Program-made: the position numbers and the translations under genes
DNA from: Octopus bimaculoides
Taxonomy: Eukaryota
Length of the DNA: 64,000 nt
Direction of reading: 5' to 3'
Assembly: GCF_001194135.2 (NCBI RefSeq)
Contig: NC_068992.1
Coordinates: forward strand, 4,665,493-4,729,492
Part shown: one piece after another, positions 39,343-53,231 of the stretch
How positions within the stretch are numbered: position 1 is the stretch's first letter
Layout of the letters: every line of letters begins with the position of its first letter
The notes under the pieces: generated by a model
The model's input: only the letters and a program-made list of their open reading frames with translations
What the model was told of the DNA's origin: nothing
Database searches by the model: none

Positions 39343-39506
39343 CAGCGGCGACCTGGCGGAAACGTTAGCACGCCGTGCGAAATGCTTAGCGGCGATTCGT
39401 TTGACTTTACGTTCTGAGTTCAAATTCTGCTGCGATAGATTTTGCCTTTCATCATTTTGGGATCGATAACCTAAATTTCGGTCCTTGTGCCTAGAGTAGA
39501 AAAGAA
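39343..39506 (+). mobile_element. SINE family A, internally deleted
   Basis: cagcggcgacctggcggaaacgttagcacgccgtgcgaaatgcttagcgg...gttctgagttcaaattc...tttcggtccttgtgcctagagtagaaaag. Confidence 0.85.
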
Positions 39507-39784
39507 TATTTGGCGGGTTCATTTTATGGCTAAAAGAAAGTGACCATTATTTTCGCACTTTTAAAACAGGCGATCCGGGCGACTCGTTGACGCATAACCT
39601 ACCGTAAAGTGGAAGAAAGAGGACATGTTGGTCAGTTATGATTTTAGAGGAAACATTCTAGAAAAAAATTCTACTGGAAATAAATGTTGGTGAGATGGAG
39701 TTATGGTCTCAGGTCGGTTCCACTTGTTTCTAGAAAGTGACAGTGTACAGAAGGTTACTTTTCCCTGATCGGGGTTTGGGCGTT

Positions 39785-40015
39785 AATTCCATATTTTTAA
39801 AGAAGAATTTCCTCCGAGGAGGGCAACGATTAGGAGTTTGTTTATTGGAGTTTAAGAAAGTCCATGGGTCAATTAACGCTTTCTGGAATCTTGTTCTTTC
39901 GGCCAGGCAAAGCTTAAAACATTTTGCTCTCCCACTGGTCATTCTGGTAGCCTCCGTTTCATAATGTATAGTGTTTCATCTAACTTTTAAACTCCATACG
40001 TAGCCGGCTTCAAAT
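39785..40015 (-). mobile_element. Penelope-like element GIY-YIG endonuclease C-terminal remnant
   Basis: AGYVWSLK, then SGRAKCFKLCLAERTRFQKALIDPWTFLNSNKQTPNRCPPRRKFFFKN, resembling the PLE C-terminus (LSKYIWSLK...C.LCL.EK..I...DP...LN.R.E....C.H..KF.L.N). Confidence 0.7.
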
Positions 40016-40613
40016 AACAGACCCTCAGGTCTAACGTAACGCCTTACAAACATAACAGTAATATTAGCCTTAATTGAAGTTTTGAAGCCAAGATTAGTAC
40101 GAGCGCGAATTAGGTCTTTCCTAAGCATATCTAGGAAAAGCTAAAAGGTCATCTCTGAATAGACAAAAAAAAAAAAAAAAATGATGGGAATTTCTTTGTT
40201 TACCGTCCGCAATATAATTCTTATAAGATGCTGTGTGAAGCTAAATTTCCCTGCGAACTAAGTCAAAAGTATGCATGTCTCACGATTATACAGCACCATG
40301 GTTCCAGGAGCAGGTGTGTTCCATTAATCGAGGGAGGACCACGTAGCATATTTATGGGGGTGCATGCGTGCGTGATGCGTGCGTGTCAGTGAATGTTGCG
40401 TGCGAATTTGTGTTGTGTATGTTCTTTATGTATGTATTTGTATATCGAAATGCATCATATAATTAATTATAAATATCTATTATGTGTTGTTAATGATGTA
40501 TATATGTTCTTGTTTTATTCTTATTTCTATTAGTATTATTGTCGGTTTTGGTCTTCCAGTTCATGTTCATGTTGTTGTAGCTCTTTTGCTGTCGCTGTAC
40601 TTCTTTTTTCTCA

Positions 40614-40614
<1 letters not shown>

Positions 40615-40702
<88 letters not shown>

Positions 40703-40737
40703 GCTGTTGTTGTTATTATTATTATTATTATTATTAT
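40615..40737. repeat. (ATT)n(GTT)n(ATT)n trinucleotide microsatellite
   Basis: Direct reading. Confidence 0.95.
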
Positions 40738-40864
40738 AAAAGCATGATATAACGTACAGCTAAACGGATTTACTGCCTAATAGTTAATTCACAAACATGC
40801 ATATCACGAATACGGAAAGCGATACAAACGTAGATACATACATATACATATATATATGTGTGTA

Positions 40865-40904
<40 letters not shown>

Positions 40905-41570
40905 ATCAAGTAAATTCACATATACACAGATGGATATATACGAACGCAATTAGAAAACACAATATGTACACATATTTACCCAGTCATATATTTTGTATAT
41001 ATATATATCCATACATATAGAAATGTTTGTGTACAGATACATATGCATATATACATACATATATATGAATGTATATATGTATATATATCTGTATGTATAT
41101 ATAGACATATATTCCCAGGAGTATGTATTCGTATAATTACATGATTAATTTAACCTTGAATTAAAGCATGCAAATGATGGAATGAGCAATCAATATCGAT
41201 GCAGTGAACACTAAGCTAACATTTCACCTTTCACCTCGAATTTCAAACAATAATTCATTCACACATCACTGATTTCTAATCACACTTAATAAGTAATTAA
41301 CTCACGCAAAAGTATACAGCCGCTTCCGTATATATACATTCAAATACATGTGTACATAGCAACCGACATATTTACGCACACTCAGTAAGTTCATAACATG
41401 CATCTTCTCTCTATATATTTCCAAATGTATATGAGTGTATGTATGTATCCAATTAGGCACATGTAAAATTTAAATATAAACGCACACGCACACACAGACA
41501 CACACAAACACACACATACACACATACATATATATGTAATGTAAAAATAAATATGTATATATGTATATGT

Positions 41571-41610
<40 letters not shown>

Positions 41611-42607
41611 NNNNNNNNNNNNNNNNNNNNNNNNNNNNNNNNNNNNNNNNNNNNNNNNNNNNNNNNNNNNNNNNNNNNNNNNNNNNNNNNNNNNNNNNNN
41701 NNNNNNNNNNNNNNNNNNNNNNNNNNNNNNNNNNNNNNNNNNNNNNNNNNNNNNNNNNNNNNNNNNNNNNNNNNNNNNNNNNNNNNNNNNNNNNNNNNNN
41801 NNNNNNNNNNNNNNNNNNNNNNNNNNNNNNNNNNNNNNNNNNNNNNNNNNNNNNNNNNNNNNNNNNNNNNNNNNNNNNNNNNNNNNNNNNNNNNNNNNNN
41901 NNNNNNNNNNNNNNNNNNNNNNNNNNNNNNNNNNNNNNNNNATATATATATATATATACACGTTGTATGTATATGCGTGCAGGGGTGGCACTGAATGTAT
42001 GCATATCCAGTAAAAAATTTGTTTGATTGAAAAATTAATATTACAAGAAGTGGTGGAAGTACATCAAATATTTTTGCTTCGTTTATTTCATGGGAAATTT
42101 AAAATACATACAAAATTGTTGACCGAGTCGATTTCTCATCTGTAATTACTGTGTAATCTTTAGAAACATGAAACACCAGTTGACTAGAATAATTTGCTGA
42201 ATATATAATTATAGTGAAATGAGTTATGAGAGAGAAACACAGCCTAACATCTTGCACACAGTCTGTATTTGTTTCTCAGCATAATACCGATGCATACATT
42301 AGCACATGCATACATACATATACATACTTACTTGCATACATAACTCCACACGTACATACACACATGCATACATAAATACATACATATATGTATATGCATG
42401 GGAACAACCAGATGTATATGTGTTTGTATTTATATGTATGTATGTTTCTGTGTATCCTTATGATCGGCGTCACCGGACTGGAAATCATCGTATTTTTGCA
42501 CCGTTGCACTCCATCATCTAGGGAAAAATAATCCGACATATCAACCCATTCAGAAATATGTCCTCATACTTAAACAATGAACGTTAGGGAAGAACGATAA
42601 TGTTATC

Positions 42608-42934
42608 TAGCCCTAAGAAACACTATTTCCTGTTGAACTTGACACATTTCCTGTGGCATGGACAGCTAGCAAGCCATGTTACTTCAGACTGATGATGAGC
42701 AATGACTCTGAAACTAGTCTCTGGATGCTGGCTTTGCTGGGTGGAGGTGCTTGTCTTCACGTTGAAAACATAAGGATACAGGAAATGCGTGAAGTCCAAC
42801 AGGAAACGATGTTTCCTAGGGCTAAATAGCAGTAGCATTCTTCCCATTCAGGGGAATGTCACATTAAGGTGACAACATACCATCACTTATCGTGCTGATA
42901 CTGCATAGATCTCTCTGAGAGATTTAGAAATATA
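42608..42934 (+). mobile_element. Dispersed element with 47-bp inverted repeats (42608-42654 and 42778-42824) enclosing a hammerhead-like motif
   Basis: The arms match at 40/47 nt; the right arm and its flank recur, inverted, at 33203-33362. Confidence 0.7.
42666..42740 (+). ncRNA. Type I hammerhead ribozyme-like motif (minimal stem III, slightly decayed stem II)
   Basis: Stem I ttcaga/tctgga, core CTGATGA (42689-95), stem II GAG/CTC, GAAA (42710-13), AC-TA-GT palindromic stem III, GTC cleavage triplet (42717-19). Distal stem I is agcaagcca/tggctttgct. Confidence 0.65.
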
Positions 42935-43869
42935 TTATTTCTATTTAGTTCAATATGATATGTAATTAAAGTTATAAGTTATAAGCCATAACACGACAGC
43001 CTCCAGTGCAACAGCCACCAGCTCGTACGACTTTTCTATGACATTAAATACACAAATTTGGTTTACGTTTATACTTTTTTTTTGTTCAAGATCAATGTAC
43101 TCGTTTATTAGATGTTTCCTACATTGTTTTTCTGCGTTTGCCATCTGACTGAAATTCATTTTAATTTTCTTTTTTCATGGATGCAGACATTATTAGTTGC
43201 AATTTACATTCTTGTCTCCGGTTACCATCTCCTAATCAAAAGCAACATTATTTACTTCTAACTAATAGTGTGCCTTGAATTCGTCTAGTATTTCATGTTC
43301 AGCTAATGCCTATGTACGAATTGTTGCACTGTTTCTGTGAATTCTTCGATATTCGAGGAGGAAAAGTAAAAGTTCGAGGATCAACAAGCAATGAGTAAGC
43401 TGACGGTATCACTAAAGAGAATATGCAACGAATTATCTAAATATCGACATTGGAATTCTTTTTCCTGGAAAATTTGCTGACACTACAGTATTTCATGGCT
43501 AAGTAAATTAGATTAATGAACAATGATTTAGACAGCATGGTCACCGTGTTAAACCTGCCATTCGACATGGAAAAGTTCCTTAGATTAAAACATTTCGCTC
43601 ACATGAACAGACGTGAACCGCAATCATATGTTTTACTGGTTTCCTTATAATTTAAACTTATTAATACAGTCAAATAAATAATGAAATCAATCAAAGGAGA
43701 ACGTCAGGTATATCGAATGATTATTAGTGAGCATTCAAGCATTAATCCTTGAATATGTATTGTATATCATATATTGAATTGAGTGCGTATATATGCGTGT
43801 GTGAGAGTGCGCATATGTCCACGTATGTGTATACTTATATATATATATATGCATATATATACATATACG

Positions 43870-43934
<65 letters not shown>

Positions 43935-43935
43935 T
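43870..43935. repeat. (TATC)n tetranucleotide microsatellite
   Basis: Direct reading. Confidence 0.95.
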
Positions 43936-44889
43936 ACACACACTCATATATATATATANNNNNNNNNNNNNNNNNNNNNNNNNNNNNNNNNNNNNNNNNN
44001 NNNNNNNNNNNNNNNNNNNNNNNNATATATATGGTAAGCATTTTACAGGAGTTGGGGGATACTGCCATCGAAGGTGCGGCCTGCAAATTTTCGGCAGAGA
44101 CTTCGACGAAGGACTGCAAGCAGAAACTTTGAAGCTTTTATCAGTAAAGGTTTAATAACCATGTACAAATTATTCAGTTTAACGTTAAGCTGAGTTTATA
44201 CATAACTCGACATAAAACGTAACATACACGCAAATACATGCAACACACACTAAAATATATTTTTCCATGTCTGCAATCTCTGCTTCGCATATTATTCGCC
44301 TGTACGAGTGTGTCGTAATACGAATCTGAATGAGGAGCATTGGCCTATGGAGCAGCAAGGCTAAACCAGGAGAAAATGTATTACATTTAAACTGGACACT
44401 GGTTGCAGGAATTATATCATCACTTTAATTATATATGCATTATATCACAGTTAATATTTGAAAAGTAAAATGGCAGCAAACGGTACAAAATAGAAACGGA
44501 CAATGTAAGCAAAAAGTAAGAAAGAAGCAACATACAAAAACACACTATAAATCAATAGCAATCAACACATAGCCTCAATTTCGTATATGTGTTTTGCTTT
44601 CCGCTTCTTTAGCGTGGTTCTAATGACATCAGCTACATATAATAACCAACGAACCTGAAGTGATCATGGGATGTATTTGATAGGATAGAGAAGCAATTTA
44701 GCAGAAATCATAAACAAATGTGAAATCATTATATTGTGTGAGTATGTGCATGCGTGTGTGTATGTGTGTGCGAGCGTGTACGTGTGTGTGAGGATGCATG
44801 TGTATGTACGCATGTAAGAATCTGCGTTTACATGCATAAGTGTGCGAATGTGAGAATCATTATGCATACATAGAAATACAACACACTTT

Positions 44890-44923
<34 letters not shown>

Positions 44924-44961
44924 TATGTGTACGTATATATATGTATATATACATATATATA

Positions 44962-45001
<40 letters not shown>

Positions 45002-45621
45002 TACATATGTATATATGTCTCTGTGTATACATATATGTATACTTATGTATACATATTCGTATGTATGTATGCACATGCAGATTCTCAGATACATACACAT
45101 AAGAAATAACAAGTCTGTGCAGAAGTCAAAATTAATATTGACTAGCAAGTAACCACTCTGCTATTTCAATTATTGGTACAATGAAGGTGTAAGGTCACTT
45201 GTGTGAGTTAGTGGTCGACTATAAAATACATCCGTACACAAGAAACAAATGTTTCGATAATGTTCTGTCGAGCTTACCATTAAATATTATTTATCATAAC
45301 ACAAAAATCAATTAGAGACCCAATCTAATGTATTTATACAAACATACATATATGCACAATTCATACACACAATTGTCCACTGTTAACTTTGTATCTATAT
45401 ATGTATACACGTATGAGTATATCGTTATCTCTCTCTATCTTTCTATATCTCCTTCTTTGTTTCTCTCTGTCTCTTACACACACATATAGTTAGAAAAAGA
45501 GAGAGGGAAAGGGAGAGATAGAAAGAAAGGCGGAGAGATTGCTAGCTAGATATTTTAATAGATACACGCACATTTATACATAGTTATATGTACATATGCG
45601 TGCATATGTAATATCTGTATG

Positions 45622-45658
<37 letters not shown>

Positions 45659-45883
45659 NNNNNNNNNNNNNNNNNNNNNNNNNNNNNNNNNNNNNNNNNN
45701 NNNNNNNNNNNNNNNNNNNNNNNNNNNNNNNNNNNNNNNNNNNNNNNNNNNNNNNNNNNNNNNNNNNNNNNNNNNNNNNNNNNNNNNNNNNNNNNNNNNN
45801 NNNNNNNNNNNNNNNNNNNNNNNNNNNNNNNNNNNNNNNNNNNNNNNNNNNNNNNNNNNNNNNNNNNNNNNNNNNNNNNNNNG

Positions 45884-45997
<114 letters not shown>

Positions 45998-46215
45998 GGG
46001 AGAGGTGGGGAGAGAGAGAGAGTACAATCTATATCCCACCGTAAATTGTGAATCCTGATTAGGGCTATGATACTACCTTATGTTAGCCCCAGGAAAACAC
46101 TTTTTCCAGCTGTTTACTGATGCACAACTGCGTCCCTATACCTCGAACAACGGAGCTAATGTCACCACTTCAGCCTACGCTTAATCTGTGTTGTTGGAGG
46201 GAAATAACCAATAAC

Positions 46216-46374
46216 TTTTCTACTCTAGCCATCAGGCCCGAAATTTTTGTAGAATGCGCCAGTCGATTAGATCGACTCCAGGACGCATCTGGTACTAAAT
46301 TTATCGTGCCCTAAAGGATGAAAGGCTAAGTCGACCTCCGCTGAATTTGAACTCAGAACGTAAAGGCAGACGGA
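46216..46374 (-). mobile_element. SINE family A, 5'-truncated
   Basis: ttttctactctagcc...ggcccgaaattt...ggtactaaatttatcg...aaggatgaaaggc...gaatttgaactcagaacg. Confidence 0.85.
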
Positions 46375-47557
46375 GTGTTAATTTAACATATTTATAATGT
46401 CAAAGCAAGATGGGTAAAGATAGGATATAGCAAGAAATGAGATCTAATATGCAGGGTAAGTTAATTAGAGATATTAGATATATAAAAGAATAAATTTATA
46501 AAGGAATACATTCAGATAAAAAATTTTAACATGTTTAGTCCTATAATTACATAATGAATATCATGTATAATTAAACAATATAATAAAATAAGATTACATT
46601 ATATAGAGCATTTTATGAAAATGTATAAATTGTCACAAATTTCTAAGCTATAAAGTCTATAAAAAGTATAAAAATAAAATATAAGAATTTATAAGATATA
46701 ATATGTAATTGAAAAATATATAATGATATATATGATTAAACTTTGAAAATATATAACAGAGTATATAAAAGCATAAAAAATAACAGTATATAGAAAAAGT
46801 TATAGCGGGAATATTATTATTAATACAAGATAAAAATAAAATTTTAATAAAAAAAGTTTTAATAGAGAAAAAATTTGCTTTGGATATGGGTTTATAAGAT
46901 ATATCTAAAGGTCATCAAAGAAAGCGATCGATGTAGAAGAGTAACATGTCTTCGAGAGTATATTTTATATTTGGGGAGGTGCGAAATTTAAGAATCTATT
47001 AACAAAATAAATGTATTATATAAACCATGATAGGACAGATGCACCCCTGGGTAGGGTTAAATACATATTGTAATTATTAAAAATTTATAGATCAGAGAAA
47101 CTAAGAGTCACTAGACTGCATTATTCAATGGGTTCCGACATCAAAGAAAGTAGGCTATGAATGATATGTCATGCCGAAAGACTTTTATCACCAACAATAC
47201 AGTATGACATCATTATTATGTACCTGCTTCGAATGTATTTAAAGGAAAGGGTAATTCTGTGAACACATGACACCCTAAGATCTAATTTATTTTTAATTAG
47301 GTTGTGTTTATCCTTATATTAGAATATTTCATATGTCTCCACGCAATATTGTCCACACCCACTCCGGTTATTTGCCACAGATGAAACGATCTTGGCCATT
47401 AGTAAAGCAGGTGAGGAGGAGTATTGATAGTCTATTTGTCTATGGCCGAAAGTATGATGGAGCCATCATTTATCCTGGGTTAGCAAACATTTATGTAAGT
47501 CATGTGCATCAGTCTCAAACAGTGTCAGGTTTTCCTGCAAAGTGATCAGCCTGCTGC

Positions 47558-47822
47558 GGATGCCTCAGTGGTTGGAGCGTCGAGCTTACGATCGTGAGGT
47601 TGTGAGTCTGTTTCGCGGACCAGGCTGCATGTTGTGTTTTCTTGAGCAAGACATTTTATTTCAGGCTGCTGCAGTTAACTCAGCTGTAGAAATGTGTTGC
47701 AGCATCACTGGTGCCAAGCTGTACTGGCCTTTGCTTTTCCCTTGGATAACATCAGGTGTGTGGAGGGAAGGCTGGCATGCATGGGGGACTGCTAGCCTTC
47801 CACAAACAACCTTGTCCGGACT
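47558..47822 (+). mobile_element. tRNA-derived SINE, family B (3'-truncated)
   Basis: cagtggttggagcgtcgagcttacgatcgtgaggttgtgag; body homologous to 6777-6965. Confidence 0.85.
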
Positions 47823-47829
47823 ACATATA

Positions 47830-48541
47830 TATATGCCAATGCTTACTCGATCGCTACAGCAATGTGGCAGAGAAATGTTTGAGAAGAATAGTCACAGTAG
47901 ATGAAACGTGGATCCATCATTATAAGGCAGAATCCAAAAGACAGAGTATGGAGTGGAAATATCCTGGCTCGCCACCGCTGAAGAACTTGAAGAACTTCAA
48001 GAACAACCCATTTTTGGGACTCAAAAGGGCCTTAACTAGAAGAACTACTTGAAAAAGAGGTGCACGATCAACAGTGCAAGATACAGCGCTTTGCTGGCCT
48101 ACAAATTGAAGCCAGAAATTCATACCAAACGCTGAGGCGCATTGGCAAACAACCTTTCGCTGTTGCATGACAATGCACGCCAATACACAGCAAACCAGAC
48201 CGTTGAAATCATTGAAAAATTGGGCTTTGGTATCCTGGAACATCCTGCCTACAGTTTAGATTTCACCCCTCTTGACTGCCATATATTTGTACCGCTCAAA
48301 GATGGTTTACGAGGTCGTCGATTTCCTATGGATGGAGATATGAAGGAAGCAGTGCATAAACGCTTGTACGACCAACGGAAATCCTTTTTCTTTGGAAAGA
48401 ATACGCAAGTTTGGGGACCGTTGGACCAAGTGCCTCGTAAACGAAGGAGACTATATAGAAAATGATGTACTTTTTTATCCCCTGTTTTAATGAAAATGCA
48501 TTCAAGAAACAAAAGCGTATAATGTTTGACACTTCTTCGTA
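47830..48541 (+). mobile_element. Mariner transposon 3' half with terminal inverted repeat
   Basis: CQCLLDRY...RIVTVDETWIHHY, LLHDNARQY, HPAYSLDFTPLDCHIF (D,D,D motifs); ends in atgtttgacacttcttcgTA. Confidence 0.92.
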
Positions 48542-48565
48542 TATTCCCTTTAGGTAGGATACACA

Positions 48566-48615
<50 letters not shown>

Positions 48616-49739
48616 AATATATGGGGCGGGGGCATGTATGTATGTATGTATATATGTATGTATGCATGTATGCATGCATGTATGTACGTATGTGTGTATG
48701 TATGTATATAGTGGCTAAACTGTTGTCTTTATGATTGACATATGGTGGTTTTCATGTTCGGATCGTGCTGCAATGTTTGGCCTTGAACTAATAAGATGAG
48801 CCATGAGATTGGTGAAAGATGTTGTAATGCCCATAACAACAGAATCTTAATTGTGGAAACCATATAGTACTGCATGTTTAGTTCCACTTTGTAGCTTATA
48901 ATCACACTTAGGTTGAACCTGTTGCAGAAAGTTTACTTTAGGCTTGTGCACAACATTTGTGACACGACAGAATACCGCATAGTTAAAATATTAATTCTTG
49001 TCTACCGTATCCTTTTAGTCGGCTCCGTCTCATTTAACATTTAATATCTAAGAACATTAAAAACTAGATTTGTAAATAATTCCAAATTCTGAATAAACAT
49101 GCCATTTAAAAGACATAAGTTGAATTGATGTCACGAATATTATAATTACTGTAGAAATCTAGCAGTGTAACCTTCTACAAAGCCGGTTCGTGGCTTTTAA
49201 ATAATGTCTCAATGGACTGGAATATATTCGAAAGAATTTAATATGTGTAGTTAGATATTCTCTCTGAAGCAGTGAATTGTTAGCAGGCAATTGGGGATGG
49301 AATAATTCATACATTTATGATTATATTCACTACAGTTATGAATAAATCACGCAGAGATATGTTCGAAATTCAGATAAACATAAAAATATGTCTATATAAG
49401 CTATATATACATATATATGTGTAGCGGCGACTAGGACACTCACACACGCGCACACAAACTCACACACAATACGTACATGTACAGAGACATATACATATCT
49501 ATTTACTTTATAGTGACAATTCAAAGATATATTTATATATCATTATTATATAAATACGTATATTTATTTGCATAGTAATAGCTATTCGTGCACACATATC
49601 AGAATAGGTATATGCATACATACATCTATTCATACATACATACATAAATGCATTTAAAACTCTCTTTATAATTCTAAGTACCTTTTGCTATTTCACTATA
49701 TTTCAGCCGCTTTCGGTATTGGTGCATAAAATGTATACA

Positions 49740-49833
49740 CTACTTGCAAACACACACACACACACACACACACATACACATGTATATACACACACAAATA
49801 CACACGCATGCGTAGAAACACACATCACACGCA

Positions 49834-49868
<35 letters not shown>

Positions 49869-49976
49869 ATATCTGTTTGTCTATCTATCTACATATACAT
49901 ATATACATACGCACAAACACACAAAGATATATCGATAGATAGACAGACAGACATACAGACAGACAGACAGACAGAC

Positions 49977-50015
<39 letters not shown>

Positions 50016-50035
50016 CAGACAGACGGACAGATGGA

Positions 50036-50068
<33 letters not shown>

Positions 50069-50152
50069 GGACAGACAGATATACATACAGACAGCAAGGC
50101 AGACAGGCAGACAGGTAGACATACAGACAGACAAATAGATAGATAGATAGAG

Positions 50153-50203
<51 letters not shown>

Positions 50204-50240
50204 CAGATAGATAGATAGATAGATAAAGAAATAGATAGAT
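49740..50240. repeat. (CA)/(TA) and (GATA)n/(GACA)n microsatellites
   Basis: Direct reading. Confidence 0.95.
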
Positions 50241-50454
50241 ATTATCACATGTTTTATATGCGAGAGTCAATATGAAATAATGTTAGGGAAAGATTTCAAT
50301 GTAATTTTTATGCTAATTTTATCTAGCACCCGATTTTATACAGCTTCTCCATTCACCATGAAGACGCGTTAGGTCGAATATCTTCTGAATGAAAGGAAAA
50401 GGTTGCTTACAGTTTTGCAACAATCAGAGCAGATGATGCGCTCATCGTTCAGTA

Positions 50455-50490
<36 letters not shown>

Positions 50491-51089
50491 ATATTTACTT
50501 TTGCACTCCATCATATAAATAAGTTATGTCATAGATGCGAGGTACGAAGTATTTAGGGAAGATGTGACGGGAGCTAACAGGCAGAAATAACAGTACATCA
50601 ATTAATTATAGAGATATAAATCTTCTGATTACGCCAAATCTATCGAGATACGATTGTCTTTGCTTATCTTTCAAAAATATATGTTTTTTTAAAATCCCAA
50701 TTGTACAACATTCGCATTTGAGAAATGAATGTTTGAAACTGTTGCAGCCGGCAAAACTGGAGAGAAAGAAATGAAAAATACAAAATTATGTTGTCCTTGA
50801 TGGTCACTTAATTTGGAAGGAAAGAGAAGATTATTGCAACGTAAGAAGCAATATATGTTTAATCTCTGGGAAAAATAGGAAAAGGTGAACGGACTTAAGT
50901 TTAAATAACACGCTTGAAGCTCGACATCTGTGGCGGATTAAGGAATGCGCTTAATGAACCTTCAACTAATCATTTCAATCTCAATATTTGCGTTTGTGGT
51001 GCACCTAAATATTATGTAACATATGAATAGAAACATTAATCCTAGTAATTGTTGGAGGATAGAACTAACTATCTACTTCCAAGCTATAA

Positions 51090-52495
51090 AATGTGAGATA
51101 ACTTAATGCGTGGATCAGATTTGCGATTAGAGATTCTAATGAAAATTATGTAATACTAAACATCACCTTTTTGATCTTGGAAACTTGTCAATAGAGAAAG
51201 AGAGAGAGTGTGAGAGAGATAGTGTGTGTGCGTCTTCAAACTGAGCGTTATTCATAATTATTCTTGGATGTTTTCGGTTTCAAAAACATGATTATTTTGA
51301 TAAATCAGCCTTTTGATGAATAGGCACTCTATGCAATGGCTGCTAGGCTCTAGAGTATATCGATAATCAAAGATCGGAAGGGACCGTCAGTTAGGAATAT
51401 GGAGAAATCTGTTGAAGCTGGAAGCTGAAGCAAAGAAGGCACTGACGATTAGATATGATGCAGATAAGTTTAAATATGATAGATGTAAAGCTGAATTTGT
51501 AATTGAATATCGAAATATCATCTGCAGTGCTTAAAGCTATAGCTGACGACATAGATGTAAAAGTAAGGGATAAAGCAAAGCAAGTTTATCAGAATGTAGC
51601 CGAAGAGATTTTGAGAAAAAATAGTAATGAAACAAGGGAAAATATTTTCGATGAAACGTGGAAATATATTATGGCATGACAGGAGTTGTTGAAATTGAAA
51701 GAGGGAATGAGATATGCGTAAAGGAGAAATAGTAAAACATTGTTGAGTGAACAGGGAGGAGGAATGCTGTTCAAGTAGAGGAGGGAAACTTTTCTAAATG
51801 AAATCTGAAGAAGAAAATCGTTCACACATTGCATGAGACAGGAGATATAAGAAAAACGCTTCGGAAATAATGAATAAGTTTATAGGCAAAATATGAAAAT
51901 GCAATTCCTTAGTTTATTATTTACTTAATTTGTTATAGGCCACTAAAAAGTTCTGATGCAAAGAGTCAAATAAAATGAAAATAATTTTTTTTTAATAAAC
52001 CATTAAGAAAGTATTTAATGGAGAAATATCCTGGTAACACTGGAACCACACGAATATCTGTGTAACGAATATCTGTTGAAGAATAATCAAAAGACATTGA
52101 GTGAATGAGAAGTGAAAATGCTCTTGGGTTACATAAATATGCAGAAGAAACGTTAAAACTTATGTCTGCAAAAGGAATATTGAAAAAAACCTCTAAAGAC
52201 TAGTAATTCGGCGTAGTGAAATGGACACGAAATAGAGTCTCAGAAATTGTGGAAATTGGATGGGTATAGCATGAAGAACACAGAAATGGAAGCGTCCTAT
52301 ACGAAAGTGTTCAATAGCGCAGAAAGGCAAACAAATTATACCGGGAAGTATATAAATGTGAGGAACAGTTGTTTCATCGAATACGAGGTTTAAATGACCA
52401 GGTTAATATGTTCAAGCATATTATTAACAAAATAATACGTTTGAATTGTGACAGGTTTATCTAATAGCTTCTATTGTCACCTAAGCCTCGTTTAT
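51090..52495 (+). mobile_element. RTE-clade LINE ORF remnant (end of the AP endonuclease to the start of RT)
   Basis: SRVYR*SKIGRDRQLG (like DVRVYRGADIGSDH; 51349-51396), RYDADKFK..KAEFVIEYRN, VAEEILRK...IFDETWKYI, ENALGLHKYAEETLK, NCGNWMGI (about 52245-52270), EEQ..HR..RGLNDQ. Many stops and frameshifts. Confidence 0.72.
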
Positions 52496-53231
52496 TAGTG
52501 TATATAGGTATTTANNNNNNNNNNNNNNNNNNNNNNNNNNNNNNNNNNNNNNNNNNNNNNNNNATATATATATATATAGTTCGTTGTAGAAGAAGAAGAG
52601 GGGGAAAATCAATGCTTTTACAAAGCCCATCCTCAAGAGAGAAGAGTAAGGAGGCATGGTTCTGAGGATCGGCCTTTACATCTGAAATATAACGGTTTTT
52701 GTAAGTATTTTTTCACTGTTAGAAGCTTTCTTATTTTCCCTTTCCTTATAAGTAAGAACACAAATGGGCTGAGGTTAACACTAACTATTTCAGACGTATA
52801 TCTTTTTTTATTAATGAAAAATCAATTATATCATGAAAGAATCATTTTCTTCGTGATATAATTCACTTGCTCATGAATAAAAAAACGTATCTGAAGCACA
52901 TGTGGTGTGTTCTTAATTATTTTACACGACATGTGGAACCTTCCCTACGTCGGATCTAGAACTTGTAGTAGTACGTGAAACTGCCTGACGAAGTACAGCC
53001 GTAGCGATTTTACATCTGTATGCATGCTTATATCTATGCGTATATTGACCTGATAATGTGCATGTGTACGTAAGTGTTAGGAGAAGACCTGTACACACTA
53101 ATATATGCGTGAATATGTATATATACTGTTGGCACAAGAATATCCTTTTCTTGACCCTAATTTGGTCCTTTTCTCGAACTTATTATTAAAATACCTTGAT
53201 TCTATTGATACTGCATATAATTATATATGTA

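Noticed and set aside
46380-46900. Mitochondrial insertion (NUMT)
   Set aside because: It is very AT-rich, but I recognised no mitochondrial rRNA, tRNA or protein motif; only a BLAST against the mitogenome can fully exclude it.
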